A stretch of DNA of 64,000 nucleotides from Podarcis muralis. Its lineage: Eukaryota. Where the stretch lies: the NCBI RefSeq assembly GCF_964188315.1, contig NC_135656.1:85312001-85376000 (forward strand), written 5' to 3'. Within the stretch, counting starts at the first letter, position 1. Each line of letters opens with the position of its first letter. The notes beneath the pieces are model-generated. The model searched no databases. It worked only from the letters and a program-made list of their open reading frames with translations, and was not told the origin of the DNA. This document shows positions 50,225-62,632 of the stretch, one piece after another. The position numbers were made by a program, and so were the translations under genes.

Positions 50225-50460
50225 GTCAAATTAACCTAGTGCACACTGGATGAAAGAAAGTCTTCAATGCCCTTTGGAAGACTGGCAATGATGGCGCCAT
50301 GAATATTTCCCTAGGGGAGGAGTTCCAGCGGTTCAGGGCCACCACTGAAGAGGTGCTGTACCTGATACCTACTAAGCTAACAACTCTCACTGGTGGGTCA
50401 TAAAGCAGGGCCTCTGATGCAGAACTTACCCCTTGATGCAGCTGAACCACCAAACAGATG
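50225..50460 (-). mobile_element. Old L2 3' fragment
   Basis: ggggaggagttccagcggttcagggccaccactgaagagg resembles the L2 gggagggagttccacag...gccaccactgagaagg motif. Confidence 0.6.
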
Positions 50461-50842
50461 GGCTTATCGATGTCACACCCGCAATGACTAGCCAAATTCT
50501 GGCATCAGAACAATGGAACAACAAATGCAGTGGACTTTTTGCTTTAAAAACCTGTAAAAAATAACAGAGGAATACTTCTATAAAGGTTTATATTGTGCTC
50601 CTCTCCAACTGAATGCCTGTGTTGCCATTCAGAAAATTGAGAATTGCTCATATTAAATTGGGCTGGTGGAGGAGGCCAAGTCCAGCCTCTGTTTTCTCCT
50701 TCGCTAAGAGTTGTTGTTCTTCTTCACATTATTATTCACATTATTTATGTTATTTGCTGCAGGGAGCTCAAAGAAGCTTTCATAGTTCTTCCTTCATTGA
50801 ATCTCCACAACAACCCTGTGAGGTATGGGAGGAAATTAAATA

Positions 50843-51439
50843 CAGTGGTACCTCGGGTTAAGTACTTAATTCGTTCCGGAGGTCCGTTCTTAACCTGAAA
50901 CTGTTCTTAACCTGAAGCACCACTTTAGCAAATGGGGCCTCCCGCTGCTGCTGCACTGCCAGAGCACGATTTCTGTTCTCATCCTGAAGCAAAGTTCTTA
51001 ACCCGAGGTACTATTTCTGGCTTAGCGGAGTCTGTAACCTGAAGCGTATGTAACCTGAAGCATATGTAACCCGAGGTACAGGGACGCGGACTTATAAAAA
51101 ATATTGGGGGGGGCCGGGAAAACTCATGAATAATAAATAAGCTCATGAATATGCAAATAAAGTGGCGCCGCCTCCTCGTGAGCGAATAGGGGAGAGCGTG
51201 CTGCGCCTATTAATCAGCTCCAAAGGAAATTGGGTGGAGCTTTTGCTCGGGAGGGAGGGCAGGAGGCATGCAGCCCGCCCCTCCCTGTGCATTTTGGGCT
51301 GGGGGAGGGGCGGCGATGGCGCTCTGCTGGAGGGGCGCCGGAGATTATTGGGGGGGCAGAGCCCCCCCAAACGAATTTTTGAGGGGGCTCGGGCCCCCTC
51401 AAGCCCCATGGAGTCGGCGCCTATGCCGAGGTACCACTG
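50843..51439. mobile_element. Tc1/mariner-type MITE family A with a hAT insertion in its right TIR
   Basis: Left TIR at 50843; the right TIR is split into taacccgaggta (to 51078) and ccgaggtaccactg (51426-51439). Confidence 0.88.
51079..51425. mobile_element. 347-bp GC-rich hAT MITE
   Basis: Perfect 8-bp TSD CCGAGGTA; imperfect TIRs cagggacgcggact / agtcggcgcctatg (10/14); CpG-rich, which suggests it is young. Confidence 0.85.
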
Positions 51440-52499
51440 TATATGAATCCCTGTGGCCCATGTGTGTGGGGTAAATAACAAAAGTATTGGCTGGGCATCT
51501 GGATTCAAAATGAGGAGCTTGCACACAGAGCCTCAGTAGCAGAGTATTAGACTCACAAAAATAAGTAGTGCAGTGAAGTGTTGGGAGTATAGGTTGTTAA
51601 ATCTTTTTATCCTGTTCAGCTGCACACAGCAGCTGTCCTCTTTGCACCCTTCTTGCCATGAGCAGACCACATACTGTTAAGTAAGTTTAAAATGATTTAC
51701 TTGCAGATTCAAGGTCTCAGTTATGCATTGCTCCATGCAGCATCAGGGATCATACAGGCAAAATAGTCTTGGGTAGAAAAGACAGCAAAGAAGCCTCAAA
51801 CATGCAGTCTGTGCTTGGGAGCAAGCACATGGCTTCTCATGGCTTCCATGATGCAGTGAGATAAAGGAACTAGATAGGCTTCACTTCCTCTCCTGAGGGG
51901 AAGGTGTGTGACCTGAGTTTATCTAGCAATACATCTCTGTGGTCCTTCACCCCTTCATACGCTAACTTGCAATGTGCATCGTTGTGTTTAACGGCAATCT
52001 CTAACATGAGGTAGGTTAGGCTAAGAGAGAGAGAGAAGGCCAAACAGTGACCTTCATGGCTGAGTTGGGACTGATTGGCAGTACTGCAGCTTCTCTGAAA
52101 GGCAAGATGCACATGCATCTCTGGCAATGAGAGCAGCACACATGTGTTTTCTCATCAACCTAGGGATAACCATGTGGCAACTGGTGACCTTGAGTATATT
52201 TGTGGCTTGTGCTGAGTATCCTTTAGCACAAATACCACATTTTGATGCCTAGCCATTTGCATGGTCACCTAGCCTCTCAACTTCATGACCCCCCAATTTT
52301 TGACTTTAACCCCTGTCTTCTTTATCACCACCCCTCAGAAAAGCCACTGCAGCATACCAAACCTGCCATTCTCGACAGAAGCATTTCCTTTTGTTGGTTA
52401 TGAGCCTGCCACCTCTCATTGTCATTGAATGCCCCCTTATTCTTTTGTTATGGTTGAGTGGCAAAAAGTAAATTAATTTTTAATGTACTTTTAATTTTA

Positions 52500-52582
52500 A
52501 TATCCTCGGGTGTTACTGTGTAAATGTTAAGCACTCAGATACGACGGCGAGGAGAGAACATAAACGCATCTGAACAGATAGA
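52500..52582 (+). mobile_element. Ancient MIR/L2-type amniote SINE 3' tail (MIR1_Amn-like)
   Basis: aagcactcagatacgacggcga...ataaacgcatctgaacagataga resembles the recalled tail aggcgctcagatactacggtgatggg...tacctaagatagatag. Confidence 0.4.
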
Positions 52583-53689
52583 AGCTTTCGAAGGGAATAA
52601 GTTTTTTTAAAAAAACATATCCACTATGACTTTGAAATGCAGATCCCACTCACCCAGTTTGTGACAGAATTGATTGTATCCCCTGGCACTGGAAATGAAT
52701 GCTGAGTGAGTTGTGTGATGTTTAAATTAAAGCAAGCAAATATTTTGGTATATGTTTTGGTAAGCAGTTTTTTTTCTTAATTGAAGGCTGTACTTTTCCC
52801 TGGTGTAACCATAGAGACTCCAGTCAGACAGAGCAAGGCCACAATTCCTTTCAGTTCACTTTCCTTCTGTAAAGACCAGTAATGAGGATGATGATGACAA
52901 TAATAATAATAATCCTATTAAAGTGATATTTTCTCCTGAAGGAAGAAAACACCCATCCTTTATTATTATTTATTATAGAGATTTATGTCTTGCCCTTCAG
53001 ATAAGTTTATTTTTCTTTTTTCTTTCTATTATTTTCATTTGTTTTGTTACATATATGTATACACACTTATTTGTTTATGGAAAGTTAAATAAAAAGAGTT
53101 TTAATAACAGATTAAAAGCATCAGTCCTTGAGTCACATCCTTGAGCACCAAACTAGGTATCCAAAATCCACCCTTTTCTCTCTTCATTTGCATCTGGTCA
53201 CTCAGTCCACTAGGGAGTCCACTTGGTGTTATTTTTTTTACCTCAGAATGTCCTTGGGAATGATGCTATGCCATCACATAGCATTGTTCCCATGGGTTTC
53301 TTGGGCCAGGATATATGGCCAGGGGGCTGCATCAGCACTACAATAACCAGTTAAGGATTTTAAAAGAAAAACTGAAAATAGAAAAATAAAAAACCTACCT
53401 AAATTTGTTAAAAGTTTGCTAGTCCTTGAAAGCAGCTGAATAACGTCCCCTTCTTTGCTAGGTGCGACAAATGGCCTCAAAAAAGGGGGAGAAATATTCA
53501 ATTTATAGAGAAGTCGATCAAAGGCTATGAGCTTTGAGAACTTAATCAATCAATCAATCAATCAAAAATTTTGGCATGTTGCCTTTATACCATAAATGGC
53601 AGTCACTAGTTCTTGAAGGGATCAAAACAAATCATAGCACAAGAACAATGGCAAACCCAACAAATCAAAACACACCAAATGCATAGTAA

Positions 53690-53880
53690 GTAAAACAGTG
53701 CAATTTTATTTATTACATATATGCCAAGTCTTTTCCTCAAGGAGCTCAAGGCTGCACCTCCCCGTTTTACCTTCTCAACAACTTTGTGAGATAGGTGAGG
53801 CTGACTGATAGTGATAGGCCTAAGGCCACCCAGTGAGTTTCATGGCTTACTGAGGATTTGAATGTGTGTCTTACTGGTCC
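53690..53880 (-). mobile_element. Old MIR-like SINE; similar pieces at about 29240-29390 and 51990-52070
   Basis: caacaactttgtgagataggtgaggctga...cctaaggccacccagtgagtttcatggc...ggatttgaa. Confidence 0.65.
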
Positions 53881-55152
53881 TAGTCTAGCACTCTGCTGAC
53901 AGAGGCATCCCAGCTCTCTGAGAGAGATTATTTGGTCCGACAGATGGAAGCGGAAAGAAAGTGGGTACTGCATGTCACAGTACACTGTATTCCACGTTTC
54001 TCTTCCCTTTGTTCTTGTGCTGTTGTTATAGTTCAATACCTCGCACAAAGGAATATGGATTGCCTGTGCTCGCCTTGGTTTTCCACGCAAAGGGGGAGAA
54101 AAACAGACACAAGCCCCCCCATTGGTTTAATAGACCAGCTATAAAAGAGGAAGCATGAAGAAAAAGGAGCGCAGCCATCATAAATAGACTAGCCATCAGT
54201 GGGCAACACCGCACAGCCTGCCTACAGCCTTGTTTTGCTTGCCCTCCGGTGACCGCCATGCTGAGCCCCCTAATGTCCCTTTCCTTGCTCCTCTTGTAAG
54301 CGCTGTGCAACCCTTTGTCTTGAGCTGTGTAGTACCGGTGCAACTCTGCTTAATGTGCCGATGCAGCAGAAAACAGACCAGGATGTGGCTGCTGCATCTT
54401 TTACTAAAGACCATCATGGACAAGGCATGCGTTGGTATGCATGTCTCCACCTTGCCTTTAATGGTGCACATGAAACATTGCATCTTTTCATAAACTGCTT
54501 CTGGTCCTGGGCCTGAAATGCCCTATTAAAAATTTCTCAGCATTGTCTCAGTGTGAGTTGTTTTTCTGAAATTCATAGGACCACCTAGTAGCGTGTTGAG
54601 GGCAGAGCTTTGTGGGCAGAGGTCCAGGGCCCCCCATTCCCCAGCTTGACCAGGAAGATCCACAAATGCAGCAGGTTTCGTTTACCACATTTTGAAGAAA
54701 GTGAAATAATATACATTCTCATTTAAAGTGGGGAGAGGTTGAAACCAGTAAGTCCAAAATTGCCTTACTTCACTATGATAACAGGTGGCATGCCGCTATT
54801 TTGTGGTGTCCACTATCATGCTTTCTGGATAGCAAAACAATAGGTATAAAAATTGGGTTGATGGTACACATTCAATAATTGCAGTGGCCATATATAATGC
54901 ACTAGTGAGAAGGGGGACTTAAACACATCCAACAACACATGTGTATAAGGGTCTTCTACTCCATTGGGAACCCTGATTTCCTAGTGCTCCTGATTTTCTG
55001 GAGGAATATTGCATATGCGCAGCTGTATGTGTATATGGCTCCTTTCTCAATAACACCACTGGGGAACAGTTAGCAGGTACATTGCCCCCACCACACATTC
55101 ACTGAACATTTGAACGGGTTTGTGTGAACACCCTTTGATTAGCCTTTGCTGT

Positions 55153-55724
55153 TAGAATCATAGAATCATAGAATCATAGAATCATAGAGTTGGAAGAGAC
55201 CACAAGGGCCATCGAGTCCAACCCCCTGCCAAGCAGGAAACACCATCAGAGCACTCCTGACATATGGTTGTCAAGCCTCTGCTTAAAGACCTCCAAAGAA
55301 GGAGACTCCACCACACTCCTTGGCAGCAAATTCCACTGTCGAACAGCTCTTACTGTCAGGAAGTTCTTCCTAATGTTTAGGTGGAATCTTCTTTCTTGTA
55401 GTTTGGATCCATTGCTCCGTGTCCGCTTCTCTGGAGCAGCAGAAAACAACCTTTCTCCCTCCTCTATGTGACATCCTTTTATATATTTGAACATGGCTAT
55501 CATATCACCCCTTAACCTCCTCTTCTCCAGGCTAAACATGCCCAGCTCCCTTAGCCGTTCCTCATAAGGCATCATTTCCAGGCCTTTGACCATTTTGGTT
55601 GCCCTCCTCTGGACACGTTCCAGTTTGTCAGTGTCCTTCTTGAACTGTGGTGCCCAGAACTGGACACAGTACTCCAGGTGAGGTCTGACCAGAGCAGAAT
55701 ACAGTGGCACTATTACTTCCCTTG
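55153..55724 (-). mobile_element. Young CR1 LINE, 5'-truncated (ORF2 C-terminus and 3' UTR)
   Basis: Uninterrupted 154-aa [23 protein letters not shown]...[12 protein letters not shown]...[11 protein letters not shown]; (ATTCTATG)n tail at the left end. Confidence 0.95.
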
Positions 55725-56759
55725 AAAGTAATATGCATGTAGGAACAGAATCAACACATGGATTAGTCTGGAATTTAAATATCTAACATCCAAATATAGG
55801 CAACCTGGTCCTCTTCTCTTGGCACCAGCAGATATGCCTGCTCAAAGCCTACTAGCCAAATAAAGAGGCTGCTCTCAGATGAGATTATTGCTCCAAAACA
55901 ATGTGCAACAGAGACACTCAAGGACATGTATCATGGGTGCAGGATAGCCTTTCCTGACAGTGATGCAATGAATACCAAGGCGCATGTGTAAAACCGGCAG
56001 CTGAGCAAAGCTAATAAGTATAATAGGACATGGTAGAAACCCTTTATTGGATTTGTGTGTACTTTGCATTGATCCCTGCTGTGAGCCAGCCTGCTCATAG
56101 TTTCAATAAAGACTAATTGGTTAATGCTGATAAGTATTCTATTTTAGGCCCATCTCCTAAGTAATGTTTGGCAGCTTTAGACCTATGGGAAGCAGTAGCT
56201 GTGAAAACCAGTGACTTCAGTGCATGTGCGCTCATTATTTAGATGGCCACTTCACACATTCTGAGAAGCAACAAAGAGCAGATGAGGAGGTGCACTTTTC
56301 ACACGTCTGGGATATTAATATTGTTTATACTGCAACTTCAATATATATGGTGTTTTACTAAGTCTTTTTTGTTGGGGGAAAAAGGGAACTTCTTTCCCCC
56401 AAAGATATTATAATTTGAAAATGACTGAGAGTGGAGGGGACAGAAGGAGTGAAGGGTTCGGATTAATATGGAAGTTGTGTGGACAGTGTCATTATGTTGT
56501 TTAGTCAGCTAGAAGGGACTGGACTTGGCTGTATCTAGATGGAAACAGGAGTACCCTGATAGAGAGAGATTAGCTCTGTACTTGTATTAACTCTTGCACA
56601 GGGCATAAAAGAACAATAGAAGCCAATTCAGAAACCTGTACCTAACAGTTGTAGGCTCAAAACCAGGCTAGCCCATTTTGGGGCCTACTTAGAAATAAGT
56701 CCCACTGACTCACATAAGCGGAGAGATTCAGCCTAACGCAGATTAAACACTAGTACACT

Positions 56760-56999
56760 ACCCCTTAAGTGTGTTATGTTTGCTTCACGTTGCGGCTTTT
56801 CAGGTTACAAGCGTGGCAAGCGCAGAAGTGTTTACTTCTGGGTTCGCCCCACGTGCACGCGTAGAAGTGATCTGCGCGCTTCGTGCATGCACAGAAGCAC
56901 TCTATCGCACGCACGCAGTAGTGGCACTCTACTTACAGACTTTTTGGAGTGTGAACAGCACCCCGAAATGGATCGCATTCGAAAGTAGAGTTACCACTA
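56760..56999. mobile_element. Degenerate Tigger-like MITE, family C
   Basis: Right end cgaaagtagagttaccact resembles the family TIR; CpG-rich interior (agaagtg..gcgc repeats); left TIR decayed. Confidence 0.55.
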
Positions 57000-57499
57000 T
57001 TTAATTCTTTGCTGTGAACATGGTCATACATTCCGAACAAGCATTGTTTTCTGTGTGTGATAATGTTGGTACTGTGGCTGTAAACACCCCATATAACTGA
57101 AAGCCTATTTAAAACACGTGACTGCCACCAAAGAATCCTAGTGTAAACCTCCCCCCAAAAGGAACTGTAGTTTACCCCTCACAGAGCTACAATTCTTAAT
57201 GCTCTTCTCAAACTACAGTTCCCAGAATGCTTGTGGAGAAGTTGTGGGCTTTAAATGCATGCTGTGTACACAACTTGTGGTTTTTACCAACACGGATTCA
57301 CAATCAAACCATTATCTTGCCCAGCATCCCACACCTCCCTTCTTACAGCCCCCATCTCTTCAATTTGTGGACACCCTTTCACACTTTTTCTCTTGGGGCG
57401 GCCCGTATTTCTTGTGTTCTGTAAATAAAGCAATTGTAGGAATGCTGGGATTTTCCCCACCCCTCTAAGCACACATTTTGTTTTGATAAACTACAGTGT

Positions 57500-57910
57500 T
57501 TTGTCTGCAGAAAAGTATTAACCGCTTACATCTATTTTCTCAAAGACCATGCATGAATATTAAAAGGGATTTATTCCTACAGTGGCTTCGGGCAGTTGAG
57601 TAATCCATTATATGCTGTCATATCACACTGCGGTAATGTGAAAAGCTGGGAGTCCCTCCAGTAATCTTGATTAGCAATATGGGGACCATTTTTACTTTTT
57701 ATTTTTTTTAGCTGTAAACACATTTTCCTCCCCAGTGTGCTGAGTTCACATTAAAAATTATGATGTGGCTCTTAATCCATTGCTTTGTTTTAATTACAAT
57801 AATGGTAACAATAATTGTTATTTCTTTTTTAAGATAATAATTGCTAATAAGTGCATTTCCTGCTGCTAAAAGATGCCAAGTTACATTTAATCAATTAATG
57901 AATTAATTTT
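57500..57910. promoter_or_regulatory. AT-rich CNE-like block dense in homeodomain cores
   Basis: Clustered taat/atta motifs (ttaattac, taataattgctaat, ttaatcaattaatgaattaatt); no repeat similarity. Confidence 0.35.
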
Positions 57911-58845
57911 GGTGAGTAATATGAGCCTCTCCTAGGCTCATGTATATTTCAGTCCTATACAAATCCATGTAAAACTTTCCTTCTTAATCCATGTTAACAA
58001 TTAACACATTTCCAGACAATCAAGCATCAAAGCAGAGCAGAAGCTTGGCATGCCACCCACATTTTCCAGCCACAGTAAGGCGATTCAACCCACACTGAGG
58101 AGTGAAATTTCAGTCCTTGTTCCTGGTAAAAAGGGTTGCTCGTGTTCTGGCTGGAAACTCTATAGTCCCCCTTTTTTGTTCAACGGATCCCAAAGGCTGA
58201 TTTGCCTTTTAACAGGTCCAGGTCCAGGGTGGGTGGGGGAAGAAACCACCAACAGATGAAACACCGCCCCCCACTCGAGAAAGATGCAGTTATAGAGAAA
58301 AGAAGTTTCACACACTGATTTCCTTTGCTAGTTATGAAAAATGCACTTGGGACATTTTCTTCTGTCTACAGAGTTAAGATGCAGTCAATAGCTACACACT
58401 CATGACGTCATATTGCAGAGAAGGAAGACACTGTGTGAACTGTGAAAGTGAAAAATGGTCATAGATAATTTTATATCCACAGAAAATGGTCCTAAATTAC
58501 ATGTAAATAAAGAAAATAACATGACTTGATGTTGTCAGAATTTTCATAAGAAGTCTTAGCAAGTCTCTCAGCACTCCCCTTGAGCAGGATGTTGGCAATC
58601 CCTGCAGTGCAAACTTTTAAGATGTCAAAAGAACTCTACAGAAACTTTTTATTAATGCAACTATTCATCAGGAGTTATTGATTTTTGTTTTGCTTTGTAA
58701 AGTTTTCCCCACAGTATTATTATTAAAACGTTCTAGCTGCAGATTGCATTTTTGTCTAGTTATTGATCCTTGTATTATCTACTCTGAAGAGACCTTCATG
58801 TACTTTGATAGATGGAAGGGAAAAGCTGATTTTGTTTCCTTACAG

Positions 58846-58990
58846 TAGGGATGGGAGAAGTTGTGGCCCTCTAGATGTTCTTGGACTACAACTCTCTTCA
58901 TCCCTGGCAATCAGCCATGCTGGCTGGGTCTGATGGGAGTTGGAGTCCAACAATATATAGAGGGCTCCAGGTTTCTCACCGCTCTCCTAC
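58846..58990. mobile_element. Old hAT (MER5-like) MITE
   Basis: gggatgggagaagttgtggccctctagatgtt...gggagttggagtccaacaa...gagggc. Confidence 0.65.
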
Positions 58991-59659
58991 AGTCTTTGCC
59001 CTCTGTACCACATTGGTCTATCTTGGCCAGCATTGTCTATCCTGACTTACTGTTAAGTTACACTTCCTCCCATAATCAATGTTTTATGCCCTGGGCTTTC
59101 CTAGTGGGTTGTCATTACAAAGAGTTCATAGAATTGTAGAATCTGCCATATTTGGGAAATGGATATTCTTGATACAACAAATAAAAATATTAAAAGATCT
59201 ATTGTCTTAACAGTCTTATTAGAGCGAAAAGTTAACACAACGAGCGAAAGTTAACATAGCTGTAGGGTAAAAAAATTCCTTCCCATATAGTATCAGTGTT
59301 TCCCACCCCAAATTTGTATTGTTGGGCAGCTCCACCATAGGTGGTGGTATGCCCCACTATGAATGCAACCTCTCTAATGCATTGGCTCTGTTTCAGAAGT
59401 TATGTGGAACTATTGTATTTGTGTTCTATACCACCTAGCTATTACCTTAATAGAAATTTCCCTAACACACACTGAGATGGATTTCATTGGCTTGGCTATG
59501 CAGAGAGACTTCCAATCTTGTTCCCTTATGTTGTGACCAAAGTCCATGGCTCAACCCTTCCTCAACCCTTCTGGGGAGCCCTCCATATTACCATCAAGTT
59601 CTCTATTTATTAAATATACCATTCCCTTATAGGTTGCGTCATCAAACTCTCAAACCACA

Positions 59660-59945
59660 TTAGAGGCCTATGCACTTGCATTTTCTCCACCTCCACCACT
59701 TTGAGAAAAGCCTGACAAAAGCCTTCAGCTGTTGCTGAAATGAATTCACTGTAAAGGCAAGATGCACATCAGTGGGGAGATTATTCCACAGCCACAGAGC
59801 CACTACCAAATAGGCTCCTCCATGGGCCTCTGCATTACACACCTTATTCAGAGCACGGACCACCAAGAGAGCTTCACCTGCTGATTGTAATGAATGAGGA
59901 GACTGACACAGGAGAAGGTGCTGACATTTGGGCCCCAGGTCATTC
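59660..59945 (-). mobile_element. Old L2 3' fragment
   Basis: Minus-strand translation GAYLVVALWLWNNLP...QLKA matches the L2 C-terminal AFSVAAPxLWNxLP...LK motif. Confidence 0.7.
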
Positions 59946-60827
59946 ATGGTTGCTTGTTGGACTCCAACTCACATCAGCTAGCATGGCTAATGGTCAAAGA
60001 TTATTCTTCAACATCTAGAGGGCTATAGCTTCCCAGCGCCTACTTAAGGTTTACATGGGGTGCATGTTTTGTAATGAAAAGGGCCCAGGTTCATTTCCTG
60101 GTGTCTCTAGGTGGAACTGCCAGAAACCTCAGAGAGATTACTACAAGACAGCTTTTTATGTCCCTGTTTGGACATGGCTCAGAAGGATCAGATTTCTTTT
60201 GGAAGCTGCTATTTGTTTTGCAACCTATGTTAAGAGAGAGGTAACACCTAGGCTGCATGGAGACAGAGCAGCCTTGGCAATGATCTTCTGGTTGCATCAT
60301 TTTATAGATCTGCACATCCACACTGTTTCAGCTGGGCTGTCCCATAGTCCTGTTGGATTAGAGGTGATGGTTGATTAGCAAGAAGCTCTTCAGGCAATAG
60401 CAGAGGCAATCAGCACTGCAGTCACTCTCTGCTGGAGAAGGCTGATTTGCAGCAGCCCGCTCTCCACACTGAGTGCACTGCTCAGGAATATAAATACTGT
60501 TAATCCCTCACATTAATATCATCAGCTTTGATCGTCCTTCCCCATTATCATCTCCTTGCTGTTAATGAAACAGATAGCCATAGGGGACAGGAGAGGGGGA
60601 ACTAGCCTAATCAGTATATGGTGGTTGGAAATAGTGCAACTAAACTGACAGGTCTGGGAGATTAGGGAGTTGAGGAAACCTAGAAGAGGCGATGCAAAAT
60701 AAGCACTCCCTAATTTTTTGTTCATGTTGAAGCCAGGATCATATGCCTGGTTTACTGATGAAAGTAAAGCTTGGCTCCATTCATGACCTGATTTTGCCCC
60801 TTTTAGAGGAAAAAACCATACCTTCAT

Positions 60828-60950
60828 TACAGAGCAGGTGCTTTGCATGCAGAAGGTCCCTGGTGCCTTCGGGCCAGGCTGGGAAAGACTCCTGTCTGAA
60901 AACTTGGAGAGATGTTATTAGCTGGTATAGGAAATACTGAGCTGGATACC
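60828..60950 (+). mobile_element. Squam3-like SINE
   Basis: agagcaggtgctttgcatgcagaaggtccctggt...ggctgggaaagactcctgtctgaaa. Confidence 0.65.
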
Positions 60951-62122
60951 AATTCCATCACCCACTCGCCTGACAGAGAGGCAATAGCCTTTGCAGATAT
61001 GGTTTTTGGGGTGACCAGTGAACTGTTTATTCATCCCTAGTTTTTTTTCCTATTCAGGAAAGGAGGTTTCATTCTAACATGAGGGAGATCCAGGCCTCTC
61101 CGGGTAGTTGCTGTGTGAGACTAAAATATACAGCTTTCAAGAATGTGTGTGTGTGTAGATGAGGTGTTCCACTCACTTTTCCATTCCCACATTCTTCAGA
61201 AAGTAAGCTTTTCCCAAAAATGGAAAAAAGAGGCATAAAGCTCCATGCCTTCTGCAGTTTGCGAACATAAAAACGAATGGTTCAAACAATAATGCAACAA
61301 TAGCTGTGGGAAACATACAAACAGCACAAATTGCATCACTCTAATAGAATCCAGTGCAGTTGTCTTTCACCCTAGCACTCATCACCAAATAATATTGAGG
61401 GATGGCTGATATTGGTCCACCATTCACAGAGGGAGATTTTTTAAACCCCTGTTGCTTGGAAAGATGGCTTATTTACCATAGATTCATCTTCATACTCTTC
61501 TCCAAGAAGCATCCCTCTCTGCAGCAAAAGACATTAACAGGATCAGGCTTCATTTTTAACTTCAAGAAGGAGCCTGTAAGAACAACACAAAGTTTTGGGC
61601 AGGTCAGAAAGGTCTTTTGCTACACAGCAGCTCATCAAAGGGAGAGACAGAGAGAGCAGGATTAGCCTGGAGCTCCAGTAATTAGATTCTCTGCTGCTGG
61701 AGGGTTGGTTGGCTGGCTGGTTGCCCAGGGAAAAAAATTGTTCCCTTGCATTTGTGTGGGGTCAGAGTGACATCAGATAGCTGGTTAAGCTCATCAGACT
61801 AGATGTTCACTTGGGCTATCTGGGTAGATATAGCCTAAGAAGGTGTTATTTGCCAGCGTTTAAATTTTGAAGCACCAGCAAGTTGGGAGCAAGTTCCTTG
61901 TTATGGAGACCATTTCCCTTCAACTGTTGTGACACTGAACAAAGGGAGATCTAGAGGAGCACGACTGTTTTGGTAGCACCAGATGAGGAGCTTCTGGGGC
62001 ACTGTAGCAGGCACCACAGCTGTGACCTCTAATGGAAGGCAAGAGGCGGTGGGTGGGTGGGGGTGCACTGGATTTTGGCATCACACAAGGCACCACTGAA
62101 ATTTGAGACACCAAGGTCTACC

Positions 62123-62632
62123 TGTCAGGCTTCAGGGAATCTGCTTCCTCCTCCATGGCAAAAAATGAGCAGATCAAATCAAAAGAATTCTTACCAGTTA
62201 GTTTTTTTTAATAAACACAGCAAAGGACAAAAGAAAGTGTCAACCCAGAATGGTGGTGCTCCCAATTAAGGCTTGCACCCCCTCTGTCCCTATTAATCTA
62301 CATCACACCTACATCTTGTAATCTGAGCTTGTACCTGCTGTGCTTTCTGTTCTGTGGCTTTTTGAGCTCTTCTTGACCTTGGGCTGGGTGGAGGAATGTT
62401 GTCCAGAGACTGTGAATCTGTTAACCCTCTCTCTTTCAGTGTTTCTTCTCCTAGCTGTTCCACACCCAGTATTTCCCAGCTTCTGCCTTCTGAGCTATGC
62501 CCCTCTGCAAACCACTGTTCCAAATCTATACTGTCCTTCTGCTCCTGGGAGGATTCAGGAGCAGGAGCAAGGGGAGGCGGTGGCCCCCACCATTCCTCCT
62601 CAGTGCAGCCCTCCTCAGCATGGTCCCTGACA
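62123..62632 (-). mobile_element. Solo LTR related to the 45016 element
   Basis: tgtcagg...ccctgaca termini; the reverse strand shares gaggaggaatggtgg, cagtggttt..gcatagctcagaaggcaga motifs; TSD not preserved. Confidence 0.65.

Noticed and set aside
57078-57110. tgtaaacacccc...ctgaaag resembling miR-30
   Set aside because: It mismatches beyond the seed, has no complementary arm, and abuts a MITE.
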